DNA of 64,000 nucleotides from Callorhinchus milii (GCF_018977255.1 NW_024704749.1:6634001-6698000); one strand, 5' to 3'; counted from the first letter of the stretch, positions 25,888-37,349 are shown. Translations and numbers: made by a program. The notes: a model not told the origin generated them from the sequence alone.

Positions 25888-26709
25888 CTGAAATCCCAAA
25901 ACCCCAAAGAGTATGTTACTTTAAACTACTCAGATTTCTTTCACTGGTCACAGTTTATAAAGCAATTCGCCTCCTCACTCACAACACCATTACCGCATTT
26001 ACCGGCCGCATTGAATCGCGGGAAATGATCTGACTTGTTGAAGCACGTGCCCTTACCGGCTGCATTGCAGTACGCACGCGCGATGTAGATTATGATTAAA
26101 CCGGATTTCATACGACTTACCCAAATTTGCCCGTAGCTCATACTTTGCGCAAGTCAAATTAAGTGTTACGGTCCCAATTGATACAACTTATGTGAGTTTC
26201 ACTGTATCAGCCGACCGCAACTTTACAACTGTGACGATCAGGCAACGAGCACTGAGCCCCTCGATCAGGATTTGAGCGTGGCGGGGTCAGGGTTTGGGAT
26301 GAGGGAGGGCAGAGAGGTAGGAGGGCGGCTGAAGGCACGGTCGAAAAGGACGGTCTTGAAAGAGGCAAGGGAGCCCTCGGGTGGAAGCCGATTTGATAGC
26401 AACTTTCAAAAGGGAATCGAACATTTACTTGAAAAGAAAGACATTCGGAAGGCAAAGGGGGGGAAAGAGCGGGGGAGCGGGACTGGTCGGTAGCTCTCTC
26501 AAAGAGCCGGCACAGGAGCGATGGGCCGAATGTCTTTGGGACGTCTCAACGACGTGATCAGGCGCTGTATCAAATGCAAAGATTATCGTTATGATTGATT
26601 CCATATACTGGGAAATTGCTTGTGTGGTCAGTCTGAGGCCACAACCATTGTGTACAGCGCACAAACAGGACTATTGAGATGCAATTTATGCTCCACATGA
26701 GCCTCTAAA

Positions 26710-27040
26710 CCCCTCTCCCTCTCCCTCACCCCTCTGTTCCCTTCTTCCTCATGGAAGTTACTTCCTTGAGAGCGCCCCCACTCTCACACCCCCCTCTCCC
26801 CCACACTCTCACCCCCTCTCCCCCACACTCTCACCCCCCCAACCCACTCTCACCCCCCCCCCCCCCCTCTCCCCCCCCCTCACCCCCCCCTCTCCCCACC
26901 CTCACCCCACTCTCACCCCACCCTCACCCCCCCCCTCCCCTCAGCACAACCCTCCCCTCCCCCCCCTCAACACAACCCTCCTCCCCCCCCTCCCCCCGGC
27001 CACCCCGCCACCCCCAGTCACCACAACCCTCCCCAAACCC
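26710..27040. repeat. C-rich low-complexity tract (G-rich on the ZMAT5 sense strand)
   Basis: Repeated CTCACCCCC/CTCTCCCC units immediately after the ZMAT5 exon-1 donor. Confidence 0.85.
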
Positions 27041-27044
27041 ACAC

Positions 27045-27171
27045 CTCGGAAAGAGTCGAACCAGAATTTCTTGGCCCTCTGGTGCTGTACCCCCTGGAGG
27101 TGTTTCTTGCGGTTATGGAGGTTGTCCTGGAAGGATCTGCCGCAGTAATCGCAGAAATACGTCCTCCTCAT
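27045..27171 (-). CDS. ZMAT5: Zinc finger matrin-type protein 5 (U11/U12-20K), coding exon 1/5
   Basis: [42 protein letters not shown] (matrin/U1C-type zinc finger); donor G|gtgtgg. The five exons total 510 nt = 169 aa + stop. Confidence 0.95.
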
Positions 27172-28101
27172 GATAGCCCGCGGAGCCGCCCAACCAGGGC
27201 TCCTGTAGCCCAAAGTAGCCCCAAAGTAGGTCGATCAGGCCATTGGAATCCGTTTGTCGCCCAACACCCGCCCAAAAAAGTAGCCCCCAATATTTTCGCG
27301 TCGCCTCCTATTTCCGAGCGGCCGATTCGGGTCGGGTTTCGTGCTTTTGAAAATGCTTCTTTTTCTTCTTTTTTTTATATAAAAAAAAGGTCTTCAAAGC
27401 AACAAAAACAAAAGTTTTGCGTAATTCAAAATAAAATCGGCAACTTTTTTTTCGTTCGCAGCGCAACGCGCGCCCACCCCACACACACAGAGGAAAACCG
27501 CCCGATTGGGCGTGAAAACCCGCCCAACCCGGTGACGTTGCGCTCAGCGTCCGCACGTTTTCCGTGAAGGAGGGCGGGTGAGCGCGCTCGGTATACCTCC
27601 GCGCGAACAAACAGTTCCTCATATAATTCCATCTCCGGCTTCCCATTCCTCCCCGGAATTCTTGATTTTTTTTTAAAAAAAAGTGATTCATATGAAATAT
27701 ATTTTGGGGGGAGTTTGACTTCGCCAACATTTGCGGGGCGGGTGGGTGGGGGGGGGGGCAGTATGTTGAGCGGCAACGGTTTGGGGCGGAAGATTACAAT
27801 GAGTTCGAGTGGGGTTTGTGCGGCACTTTTTAACCTGACGTCGGCGGTGGGGGTGTAACGCGGCTCAGTAATCGTTCGCGCAAACAATGAGTTCCCGATC
27901 AATTCCGCCACCGGCTTAAAATTCTTCCCATGGATAGCCGTCTTGGTGAAGGGGTTCGTTTAAAACAAGCTCTGGGTGATTTGATCCGGTGGTGCTGGGG
28001 GTTGTGAGGCGGTGTATTTTTTTTTGGTGGGGGGGGTGGCGGTTAAGCGGCGGAGTGCTATGGAGGGTCGGGGGGCGGTGAGTTGACAGAAGGCGGACAA
28101 G
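27172..28101. promoter_or_regulatory. CpG-rich bidirectional promoter and 5' UTRs of ZMAT5 and UQCR10
   Basis: Divergent start codons about 930 bp apart; dense CpG; GC boxes; TGACGT sites; YY1-type AAGATGGCG over the UQCR10 ATG. Confidence 0.85.
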
Positions 28102-28242
28102 ATGGCGTTCGCGCGGCGGGTTTATAATTCTCTCTTCAGGCGCACCTCTACCTTCGCCCTCACCATAATAGTGAGCGCTTTCGTCTTCGAGAGGGCCTTC
28201 GACCAAGGCGGGGACGCGCTGTTCGAGCACCTGAACAGGGGG
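28102..28242 (+). CDS. UQCR10: Cytochrome b-c1 complex subunit 9, exon 1/2
   Basis: MAFARRVYNSLFRRTSTFALTIIVSAFVFERAFDQGGDALFEHLNRG; donor GGG|gtaagt. Confidence 0.96.
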
Positions 28243-28545
28243 GTAAGTGCGTGTGAAGTCGCGAGGGAAGGGGGTGACCTTCAGCCTCCGGCCGAGCCCC
28301 AGGCCCCCCATTCCTGCCCTTGGCAGGAGCTGCACCGGGAAGGCAAGAGGTGGAGACGGTCAGTCACTGTCGCGGTGTCTCGGGGGGTGGTAAGGAATAT
28401 TAAAAAGGGCAAAGCTGTTGCCTTTTGTTGGGAAGGAAGGGAATGGGTGACAATGGCCCTGTCAGGATTGACAGAGAGGTTGTTCAACGGCAACAACAAC
28501 AACAACGACGACGACAACAACAACTTGCATTTAGTTGCTTAAACG

Positions 28546-28852
28546 TGGAGTCCTGTAGCTCAGTGGTTAGAGCGCTCGCCTCGCAAGCGAGAGCCCTGGG
28601 TTCGATTCCCGGCAGGGCCAAACCTTGGGTAAGTCTCCTTACTCCCACACGCCTGATGATAAACCCTCAAAAAAAAAACTCATAATAAATTGGTCGCTTC
28701 AAACCACGGCTGTTTGTGGGACACTGCTGTGCGCAATTGGCTGCTGCGTTTTGCCCACAAATATACAATTCACTTTACAGTCTATTCCGTGAAGAGCTTT
28801 GAGACGTCTAGAAGACCTGAAAACCGTCATATCAAATGTAAGGATTATTATT
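28546..28852 (+). mobile_element. tRNA-derived SINE (DeuSINE-like core, L2-like tail) in the UQCR10 intron
   Basis: A/B-box tRNA head; core GCTGTTTGTGGGACACTGCTGTGCGCAATTGGCTG; tail ATCAAATGTAAGGATTATTATT. Confidence 0.88.
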
Positions 28853-28855
28853 GTT

Positions 28856-29430
28856 AACAAATTGCATTTATATAGCGCCTTTCACCTGGGGGTGGATAAA
28901 TAATATGTAATAATCCTTGCATTTGTTATAGTGCCATTTGCCATACGTCGTCGAGATGTCTCAAAAGCACTTCACAGAATGGACTGTGAATTGACTGAAT
29001 TTTGTGGGCAAAATGCGACAGCGAATTGCACACAGCATTTGTGTGGTTTCCAGGATGTCCCAAGGTGCTAGGTTATCAGGGTTTGCACCTGAGTTGGGTG
29101 TTGGAATCAAGATTAGGTGGGGGTAGAAGGATGATTGATGGCATGGTCAAAGAGCAAGTCTTGAGACAGGCCTTCAAGGAAGCAGGGGAGGGGGTAGACC
29201 AGAGAGATTCCGGGAGGGTGGGAGCAGAAAGGAAGGCTGTCCTCCGATGGTGGGGCAGGCCAGTGCCCTCCAAACGGAAAGAGCGGACAAGTTGGTAAGC
29301 TTTCAGTACGTCGCAGAAGTAGAGAGGAGCACGACCGTGGAGGGTTTTTGAATTGAAGACGAGGATCTTAAACTCGTTCCACTGAGGGATGGGAGCCAGT
29401 GAAGCCGGGTGAGTAATGGGGTGATTGGCT
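28856..29430 (-). mobile_element. L2 3' fragment interrupted by a minus-strand SINE piece (about 28905-29040)
   Basis: TTGCATTTATATAGCGCCTTTCAC...CAGGATGTCCCAAGG and decayed LHWLP/FKILV coding remnant. Confidence 0.75.
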
Positions 29431-29490
29431 CCCTGAATGGATACTTGATGAATAATAATCTTTAAATTTTTTGCACATGTATATTTTCAG

Positions 29491-29538
29491 AAACTCTGGA
29501 AACACATCAGACATAATTACGTGAAGAATGACGACTAA
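29491..29538 (+). CDS. UQCR10: UQCR10 exon 2 (stop)
   Basis: ttttcag|KLWKHIRHNYVKNDD*; AATAAA at 29735-29740. Confidence 0.95.
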   Translation, partial: KLWKHIRHNYVKNDD

Positions 29539-32500
29539 AGTGCATTCCATGCTGCAAGATACTTTCCATTTGTTTTGGATGAACTGCCTGGTACTTGAGC
29601 TTCCATCGATGGATCATATACCAGGATGAACTTTAACAGACTGTTGCCAATCCTATTCTCTGCAAGCATGAATTATTACTATGAATGGACTAAGATGGGG
29701 CATATCTGCAGAAATATACATTGCTGGCATATGTAATAAATTCTATGAACTCCTTCTCTGCTGATCATTTTTTGTCCACACAGTAAACAAAACAAAGCGA
29801 GAGATGAAGTATGTTCTATCCTACAAATTTGCCAAGAAGCTTCTGAAAATTATTCTTCAACTTTTAAGCTAATTCTAATTAGTTTGTACCTTTTTTGTCT
29901 ATATAGTAATTGATCACTATGTGAAGTAATTGTTAATGCAAAATGTTCAAATTTGTGATCTAATGCTGTGCTGGTGATTTAACGTGTGTGGCATGAGTTA
30001 ATGGGTCATACTCTCCAATCCTCTTCCCCTCGGCTGTATCACCACAAGAACTTGCTGAGGTAATGGAAGGTAAAGGAAATCATCCAAGACCATTCTTTTG
30101 CAATGCGTAATGCAAGGTGAGTTTGAGTAGCATTGGCAGGTCTGGCACTAGGGTGTTAAGTGTGTATGTCGAGATATTGAAAACAGAAATACATTTCCCT
30201 CTGAAAGGGGGAAAATGTCATCTGATGAATAAAGTTCAACAAGTCTGGATAGATACTCCGCCTCACCCCCTCCTTAGCCTCCTTCAAGTCCCGCCTCAAA
30301 ACTCTCCTCTTCCACCTTGCCATCGGTCCTCTCCCTGACCCCAGCTCGGGTCTGAAATGCTATACGCTGTCCAGCGTCTTGGGACGTCCTCCCGATGTGA
30401 AAGGCTCTATACAAATGTAATCTTGTTGATAGTGAAACTTTATAGTGGAAAAGCTGAGCAACATTACTGTGAGTTTGGTCTACATCCTTCGTTTACACCT
30501 CTTGGGATTTTTAAAAAGAAAAAACCCAGACTGAAGGTAGGCTAATAAACACAGGAACAATGAATCTGAAGAAGTTAGTTCAACTTTCAGTTCTGTTGAT
30601 TGGGGGACTTCAATCTCCTAGTTTACCCTGTGGATAAACTTGGGAGTTGCAACCTGCCAAAGTTTCTTACAACTATTGCACCCTTGTTTGTACACTACAA
30701 AAAACTGTACATCTGTAGTTGTGTCTGTTTTGATTAACTTTTCTTCAACTGTTAATAATTGTATTCATTTTCATTCTATGTGCTAAACAGTTTAGGCTTT
30801 GCATAATTTGAACAAATTTTAAGTATGTTTGCTACTGTGGGGATTGCTTTAAAAGCTATTATATGGAAGACTTCCTGATCTAGCCTCAAAGATACACATG
30901 ATTTAACAATCAGCAGGTGTATGATTTATATTCATTCTTAAAAAGTGCTAATATCATTCCCTAGTCTTGTAATCCTATCTTTATGCTCAGACGGAAGAGA
31001 AAGGTGCGTCAGTGTATATATAACACAGTGCAGGATGCATAACAAGTCTATACGTTGATTCAAAATACATATGAAAAGACATACTGGAAATGTAATAACA
31101 TAATGGAATAGATTACATACTAATGGGACTTTCATATGGTACATTTAAAAGTGTGTGCTTATGTAGGCAAACATCTATTGTGCACCAGCAACTCCTTGCA
31201 AACAATGATAAATGAACATTAATCTGTTTTTGGACAAAACATCTGGAAAACTCCCTAGTTTTATTTTAATTAAAATTCCGGTAGTGCCATGAGATTTTTA
31301 ACATCTATAAAGAAGGAAAGGGATCTTGGATAGAGTAGTTGTATCCGTTCTATGGAGGATTCAGATGTCCGCATTGGTTGGTGACGCAATGTTCCTGGAT
31401 TGCAAGCCAGTATTTCAGTCTCTCAAAGCCGGAGAGAAATCTATAAGCATGAAAAGTCGTATTTTGATGGTTTTTGCATGACAGCGGTTTATTAAGATTG
31501 GGTGTGGGGGCATTTCTACCATCTGTAAGTGAATTAGCCAGGCTCCAGGCTCTGCGGGGAACATGAGTCACCAACACAAAACTCTTAATTCAGTGCCTGA
31601 AGGGGAAGAGACTATGAAGCACCATTTCCCTAGAGTTCAGCGGAGTGGAAGCAGACATGCCCTGCTGTCCTGTTCCAAGTGGATACTGAGATCCCCTGAT
31701 GCTATTCGAAAAGAGAAGGGAGTTTCTTCCCAGTGCCCTTTGCCAACAATCCTACAGATAAATTGGCTGCTCACTGCGTGGCTGTTTGGAGGACAGTGTC
31801 CTGAGCCAACTGACTGCTGGGTTTGCCCACAAATCCAATGACTGCACCTAACGGCAATCACCTGCCAAGCTTTTCCGCCTCATTCGGGGCTTTATTATTA
31901 AAGGTAAGTATTGTTTGTAATAACGGATCGGGAAGGACAAGTCATCGATCCGCCCTCTGCGGGAGGAGGAGCCGATGGGCAGATCAGTGGGAGAGTAACG
32001 ACTGAGACTCTTCAACGCAGCGCTGTCTGAAACAGGTGAGAACGGGCGCTCGCATCGGGATTAGATAGAAAACTAGTGTGTGCTTTATAAAAGTTTATTT
32101 ATAAATGTATACGTGCATATATTTCTAATTGCATTCGTGGAAATATTCGAGAGTCTTCCCCCCCCCCAGTTATAAAGCGAACTAAAAGACAGTGCAAAAG
32201 TGTCTGTTTGAAAGACACTTTCCATTCTCATTTCTGGCAAATCGTTTCATTTTCAATCAAATCCTTTGATTGTGAAATGAATCAAATTGTCTTTTTTTTT
32301 ACTCTGACTTCAAACCTTTTGATTGATTGTCCGTCTCGGATCCTTTAGGTTTGTGCTGTGCCTCGATCCTTAATCTGTGTCTCAAACTCTCTCTCTCACT
32401 CTGTCTCTCGTTAATTTTGGGCTGTTTCAGACACAAATTCTGGAGTTTCAGTTAATCCATGTCGAGTGTGGCTGAGATGCACAAAGCAAAGGAAGGGATA

Positions 32501-32897
32501 TTTGGCCCAATCCACCAGCATTTGAAACATTTTAGCACCCACTAAAGACAGATGGGGTTTTAATCTGTGACCCTCTGGCAGATAGGTAGATATATGGGAC
32601 CAGGAATTGATTTGGAGTGAGAAGTATAAATAAAACGTGGAGTAAAGTTAAAATTAAATTCTTCCTGCCCAGTTACGTGCATAAAGCTCGTTAGCGTGGC
32701 GCATAGAGGGTAACACAAATTCTGCGCTCCGAGTCGCTGCCCCGTGTGAAGGGCACTATGTAAATGCAAGTTGTTGTTGTAACCGTCCACAGTCACATGT
32801 TGTTAATTTTCATTTTCAAAGCAGGCGATTCCCCAGATCCATTTTCTTCAGCATTTCCCCACTCCCCCCTCCATCCAACCAATACAATTGGAGCACC

Positions 32898-34058
32898 ATG
32901 AATCCGATAGACGATGAACTGATTGACGCCTACTATGAGTACCCAGGCTCTCTGGACACAGATTACTTCATCAACTACACGGAGTTTGATTTTGCCCATG
33001 ATTACGAATTCAACGAATTCGCATCTCACATTGAGCACTCCCTGGACATCTTCTCGATTGTGATTTACATCATCGCTTTTCTCCTTGGGGTGCCTGGCAA
33101 CGCCCTGGTCATCTGGGTGACGGGCTTCAACCTCAAGAAGACGGTGACCACCCAGTGGTTCCTGAATCTGGCCATCGCCGATTTGGTGTTCGTGCTGTTT
33201 TTGCCTCTCTCAGTTGCTTACATTGCGTTGGAGTACCACTGGCCCTTTGGAATCATGCTGTGCAAGATTAACTCCTTTGTGGCCATTCTGAACATGCATT
33301 CCAGCATCCTCTTCTTGACGGTCATTAGCGTGGACCGTTGCATTTGCTTCGCCCACCCCACGTGGGCTTACCGAATCCGATCGCATTCATCTGCCACCTT
33401 CCTCTGTCTTCTGGTGTGGGCGGTGTCCCTAGTCCTGAGCTCCCCTTACTTGTATTTCCGCGACACTGTCTCCTTCAGCTTTAAAATCAACACAACTGTA
33501 TGTTTCAGCAATTACATGAAGGGCAGTCAAGATCATGACACTGCGGTGGCCCGGCACACCACCCAGGTCTTGCTCCGTTTTTTCTTTGGCTTTCTGTTCC
33601 CGTTCATCACCATGGTTGTTTGCTACTCGCTCTTGCTTGTTAACATGAAAAGAATACGCCTGGTCATCTCCAACAAGCTCTTCCCCATCACAATTGCTGT
33701 TATCATAGTGTTCTTCGTCTGCTGGACTCCTTACCACATACTGAGCATTTTGGAAGTAGTTCAGCACTCCAGCCGCAGCTTCCATTACTTTTACGTCATC
33801 CGTCACGGGATCCCCATTGCTTCCAGCCTGGCCTTTCTCAACAGCTGCCTTAACCCAATTCTGTACATTTTCATTGGCCACAATGTGAAAACCCTATTGA
33901 GGAAGTCCTTGCCCGATATGTTGAAGCACACATTTGGCCAGTTGGAGTACTCTACTTTTGTTGATCAAAGTGAGGCGGAAATTGAGACTGAAGCAGCCCC
34001 AATGGAGCAATGGGTTAATGAACCATTGCATCATACAGATCAGGGAGGCTCTGTGTAG
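32898..34058 (+). CDS. Class A chemoattractant GPCR, chemerin-receptor-like (GPR1/CMKLR2-like), single coding exon, 386 aa
   Basis: 7TM ORF with GNALVIW, WFLNLAIAD, HWPFG..LCK, DRC, LYFRDT, CWTPYH, NSCLNPILY; strong resemblance to GPR1/CMKLR1. Acceptor caaagcag| ends at 32824; AATAAA at 34368-34373. Orthology unresolved, so no symbol given. Confidence 0.93.
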   Translation: MNPIDDELIDAYYEYPGSLDTDYFINYTEFDFAHDYEFNEFASHIEHSLDIFSIVIYIIAFLLGVPGNALVIWVTGFNLKKTVTTQWFLNLAIADLVFVLFLPLSVAYIALEYHWPFGIMLCKINSFVAILNMHSSILFLTVISVDRCICFAHPTWAYRIRSHSSATFLCLLVWAVSLVLSSPYLYFRDTVSFSFKINTTVCFSNYMKGSQDHDTAVARHTTQVLLRFFFGFLFPFITMVVCYSLLLVNMKRIRLVISNKLFPITIAVIIVFFVCWTPYHILSILEVVQHSSRSFHYFYVIRHGIPIASSLAFLNSCLNPILYIFIGHNVKTLLRKSLPDMLKHTFGQLEYSTFVDQSEAEIETEAAPMEQWVNEPLHHTDQGGSV

Positions 34059-35885
34059 ACAAGTCCTGCTCGGTGCTAGTTATGCCTATATTAGATTGCG
34101 TACCAGCATGATCCTATAAATTGGCTTTCTTTTGCCTTTGAATTGGGGGAGGGATGGTGCTGGCATATAGTCAAACTCAGCGCAGCAAACTCTATTAATT
34201 GAATTGCCTACCAGCACTCACGATCCAGGCTCAGCCAAAAGAATGGTACCTTGCTCAGGCAAGGTACTGAAGTATATTGGAAATGTTACTGAATAGTTTT
34301 TATTAAACAGTATGTAATTGTCCTGAATGTGCTGCTTTTATATTTACCTGCTCCCAACATCTCTATAAATAAAGATTCTTGTGCAAGCATTGTAAAATCT
34401 GCATTTGCTTTACTTTTTGGAAAATCTGACCTGGTTCAACTGGACAACTCTGCATGTAAGAGGGTAACTTTGGTAGTATTTAAAAACTTGTTTCTTGTTT
34501 TATGAAACATACCCAATAGTCAGTGCCTCCGAATGAGTTCTATCACTAGTTCAATTACCTCCTGTAACTTTTTTTTAAACTAATGTAACCAAAAAGCTAG
34601 TATACATCTTTACTTTCAAGTTACATTATTCAGAGGGGTTCACACAATAGGTAAACACTAAGGGAGAAGTGAAAAGAGTAAGATTCAATTTGATCAAAAG
34701 AAATGTACAAAACCAGAAGGTTTTAGTGTTTGTTTATTAGGGATCAAAGCTGAACAAAATTATCTTTTAGTATCTGATACATAAATAACAAAAACTGAAT
34801 CATTAATATAAAATTTAATCTGCAGCTTGCATTAAATATTCAGCCTTTTTTTGTCAATTCATTTATGAGGAATCTATTTTAATATCTGCCCTAAACGATT
34901 AAAACCTCCACATTAACACTGCAGAGCTATTTCAGTCCACCATTCTGGATTTCCATATTATGTCACTGATCCCGATTTGTTTTACTAGACAATTCTGAAT
35001 AAACTTTTTTTTTTAAAAAAGTGAAATGCTTCAATAGCTAAAAGAGATAAGGCCAGTATGTCTGCTGTTCCTTGATACATTTCCAACGAAGAATATGCAT
35101 GTGCATAACAGTAGCAGCTAGAACAAATTTTGAAACTACTGGTTTTAATTGAGTGGGTGCAAGTCACTGTATAAGGCCATATAAATCAATGGATATTTGA
35201 TACTTCTAAACCACAGCAAGTGACTGAAATATTGCAATCCAAACCAGTGCACATCCACATTGAGGCCTCCATGATAGCATAACCTTTCTCTCTCACGCAT
35301 ACTGGGTTGCAGCCTATTTGCTACAAACAGCTATGAAGTGAATGACCGATTTTCTCTGCGGGATTGCTGACCAGGCCACTCCCTTCTGTTTTCAAGTAGC
35401 TCTCAAAGAATCTCGATGAAGGGGAGGCAGATATTCAGTTTTAAAGTCTGATCCACAAGGCGCCAACTCAAACAATGTGGCACTCCATCAACACTGCATC
35501 GAAATGTTAAACCTAGATTATCAGGTCAATGTCCCAATAAATAGAAAAACTATATGCTCTATATGGTTAATGACTCTAGTAATGTAATCTTGTTGTGCCA
35601 TTGCAATAATTTACTGAAATTCAAGGTTGACTGTCACTCAAACACGATTGACCAGGCAAATTTGTGAACGTTGGCAGTTCACAAAATGGAGATTACAAGG
35701 AACCAATCCTGTCCCTTGAGCAACTGCAGCTGGGCAGGTCAAAACCCAGCAACAATATGCCTTCTCTCGTGAAGAGTATGGGCCTGTAAGCTGACAGACG
35801 ATGGTGAATTAAAGATTGGAGAGGGCTGAGGGAAGCGGGTAAAATAAAAAAATAAATTGAGGGAGGGGGCTAAGAATAAAATAAA

Positions 35886-36054
35886 TTAAGATGGAATCAT
35901 TCCTTTATTCCGTTTTCTGTCTGCCAGTGATCGCCGATTGTGGTTGCCTCGATACGATTTGTTGGCTTCCTTCTTTCTCCTCTCGCTCAGTGTGTCTTTG
36001 GACTGACCCTGGCCCTTGGCACTGCCCGCAACCAAAGAGCTGTCGTGCTTGAAC
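35886..36054 (-). CDS. ASCC2: ASCC2 coding exon 18 (stop)
   Basis: FKHDSSLVAGSAKGQGQSKDTLSERRKKEANKSYRGNHNRRSLADRKRNKGMIPS*; candidate minus-strand AATAAA at 34733-34738. Confidence 0.96.
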
Positions 36055-37349
36055 CTGAAAGTGATGGGTTTCAAACCATTCAGAGAAGCAGCAGTGAAAC
36101 AAAAAAAATCTGAATCCTACAGCATTCTGAAGGAGGCCATTTGGGCCATCGTGCCTGTGGGATCTCTTTGAAAGAGCTATCCAACTAGTCCCACTCCCCC
36201 ACTCTTACTCCATAGCTCTGCAAATTTTTCAAATTTATTATTGAATCTGCTTCCAGCACCCTTTTTTCCAGGACAACTATTAAATCTCCCCTTAACCTTC
36301 TCCACTCTAAGGAGAACAATCCCAGTTTTTCCAGTCACACCACATAACTGAAGTCCCTCAATCCTTTCATCTTCAGCCAGTTTAACAAAAAACAATCACG
36401 ATGAGATAAAAGGCAATAATCAGATAGGTATTTGCAGCAACTTGAGTTCCCAATGGATTGTGCCACAAAGGACTGATATACAGAATCTCCTTCTGTTCTC
36501 ATAAAGAAATGACATTGCATTACTGTTCTGTGTGAAATGATAAATTTGGCAAATGCGTTTTGGAAATATGTAAAAACTGGGCCATAATCGGCATTGGGCC
36601 ATGGTTCAAATTCTTCAGCATATTGTAATTAGGATAGGCCTTTACCATGACACAAGAACACAAGACTGAAGGCTCTAACTGTCCATTACAAGTCTCCACT
36701 GTACTCTCGCTACACATAAAAAGGTAGTGTACACACTGCAGGATAGCAGCTGTCAGAATATCAACAATTTGGAATTTTTCTGGAAGCGAGTATTTACTTA
36801 AACATCTCTCTTTGAGTTGTTTCCACACTGCTGAAATAAACTGAAAAATGGGCTGGAAAACAAGTCGGGAGATTTCTGCATGACACAGAGAAGCACTGCT
36901 CAGCTGATGGAATGGACTGAGCTGCAGCCTTTTTTCTGTTCAAAGCCATGGGAGCCTTGCCCAGCCAATTTATGTGGTGCTAGGGAAATGATCCCTTACG
37001 ATGCTGAGGAAAGTGGGACATGCTGTTCACTCTACGTGTTCCCTCTATCCCATCAGTGGGATAATTCATTTGCAGTGTAGGGAGCTTCACTGTTTCACAG
37101 AAGATCTCACTCAGTGGCAGTCATAGGGTTAAGTGTCAAACTAAGTCTGAAATACCAGCCAGGATACTCGCTCTTTTAAAAAAAACTCTTTCACCATGCC
37201 TTCGGTTAACACCCTTAAAATATCTTTCCTTTCCTCCCTGCTTGGTGCTCCCTGTGATCTCTGTAAAGCACTTCAAGGAATTTGCCCTACATGAAAAACA
37301 CACTGACTTTAGGAACTTTCATATTCATCTCCGGGGATTGGAGTCTTAC

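Noticed and set aside
27082-27911. ORFs of 140-161 aa in the ZMAT5/UQCR10 promoter
   Set aside because: Stop-poor GC-rich promoter sequence; no homology recognised
28549-28620. tRNA-Ala(CGC) gene
   Set aside because: Runs directly into the SINE core and tail, has many dispersed homologs in the window, and has a 1:72 mismatch; it is a SINE head
33429-33881. 150-aa ORF antisense to the GPCR
   Set aside because: Shadow ORF opposite a real coding sequence
34299-34738. Overlapping convergent 3' UTRs of the GPCR and ASCC2
   Set aside because: Separate poly(A) signals (plus 34368, minus 34733) allow non-overlapping ends; overlap is not supported without transcript data
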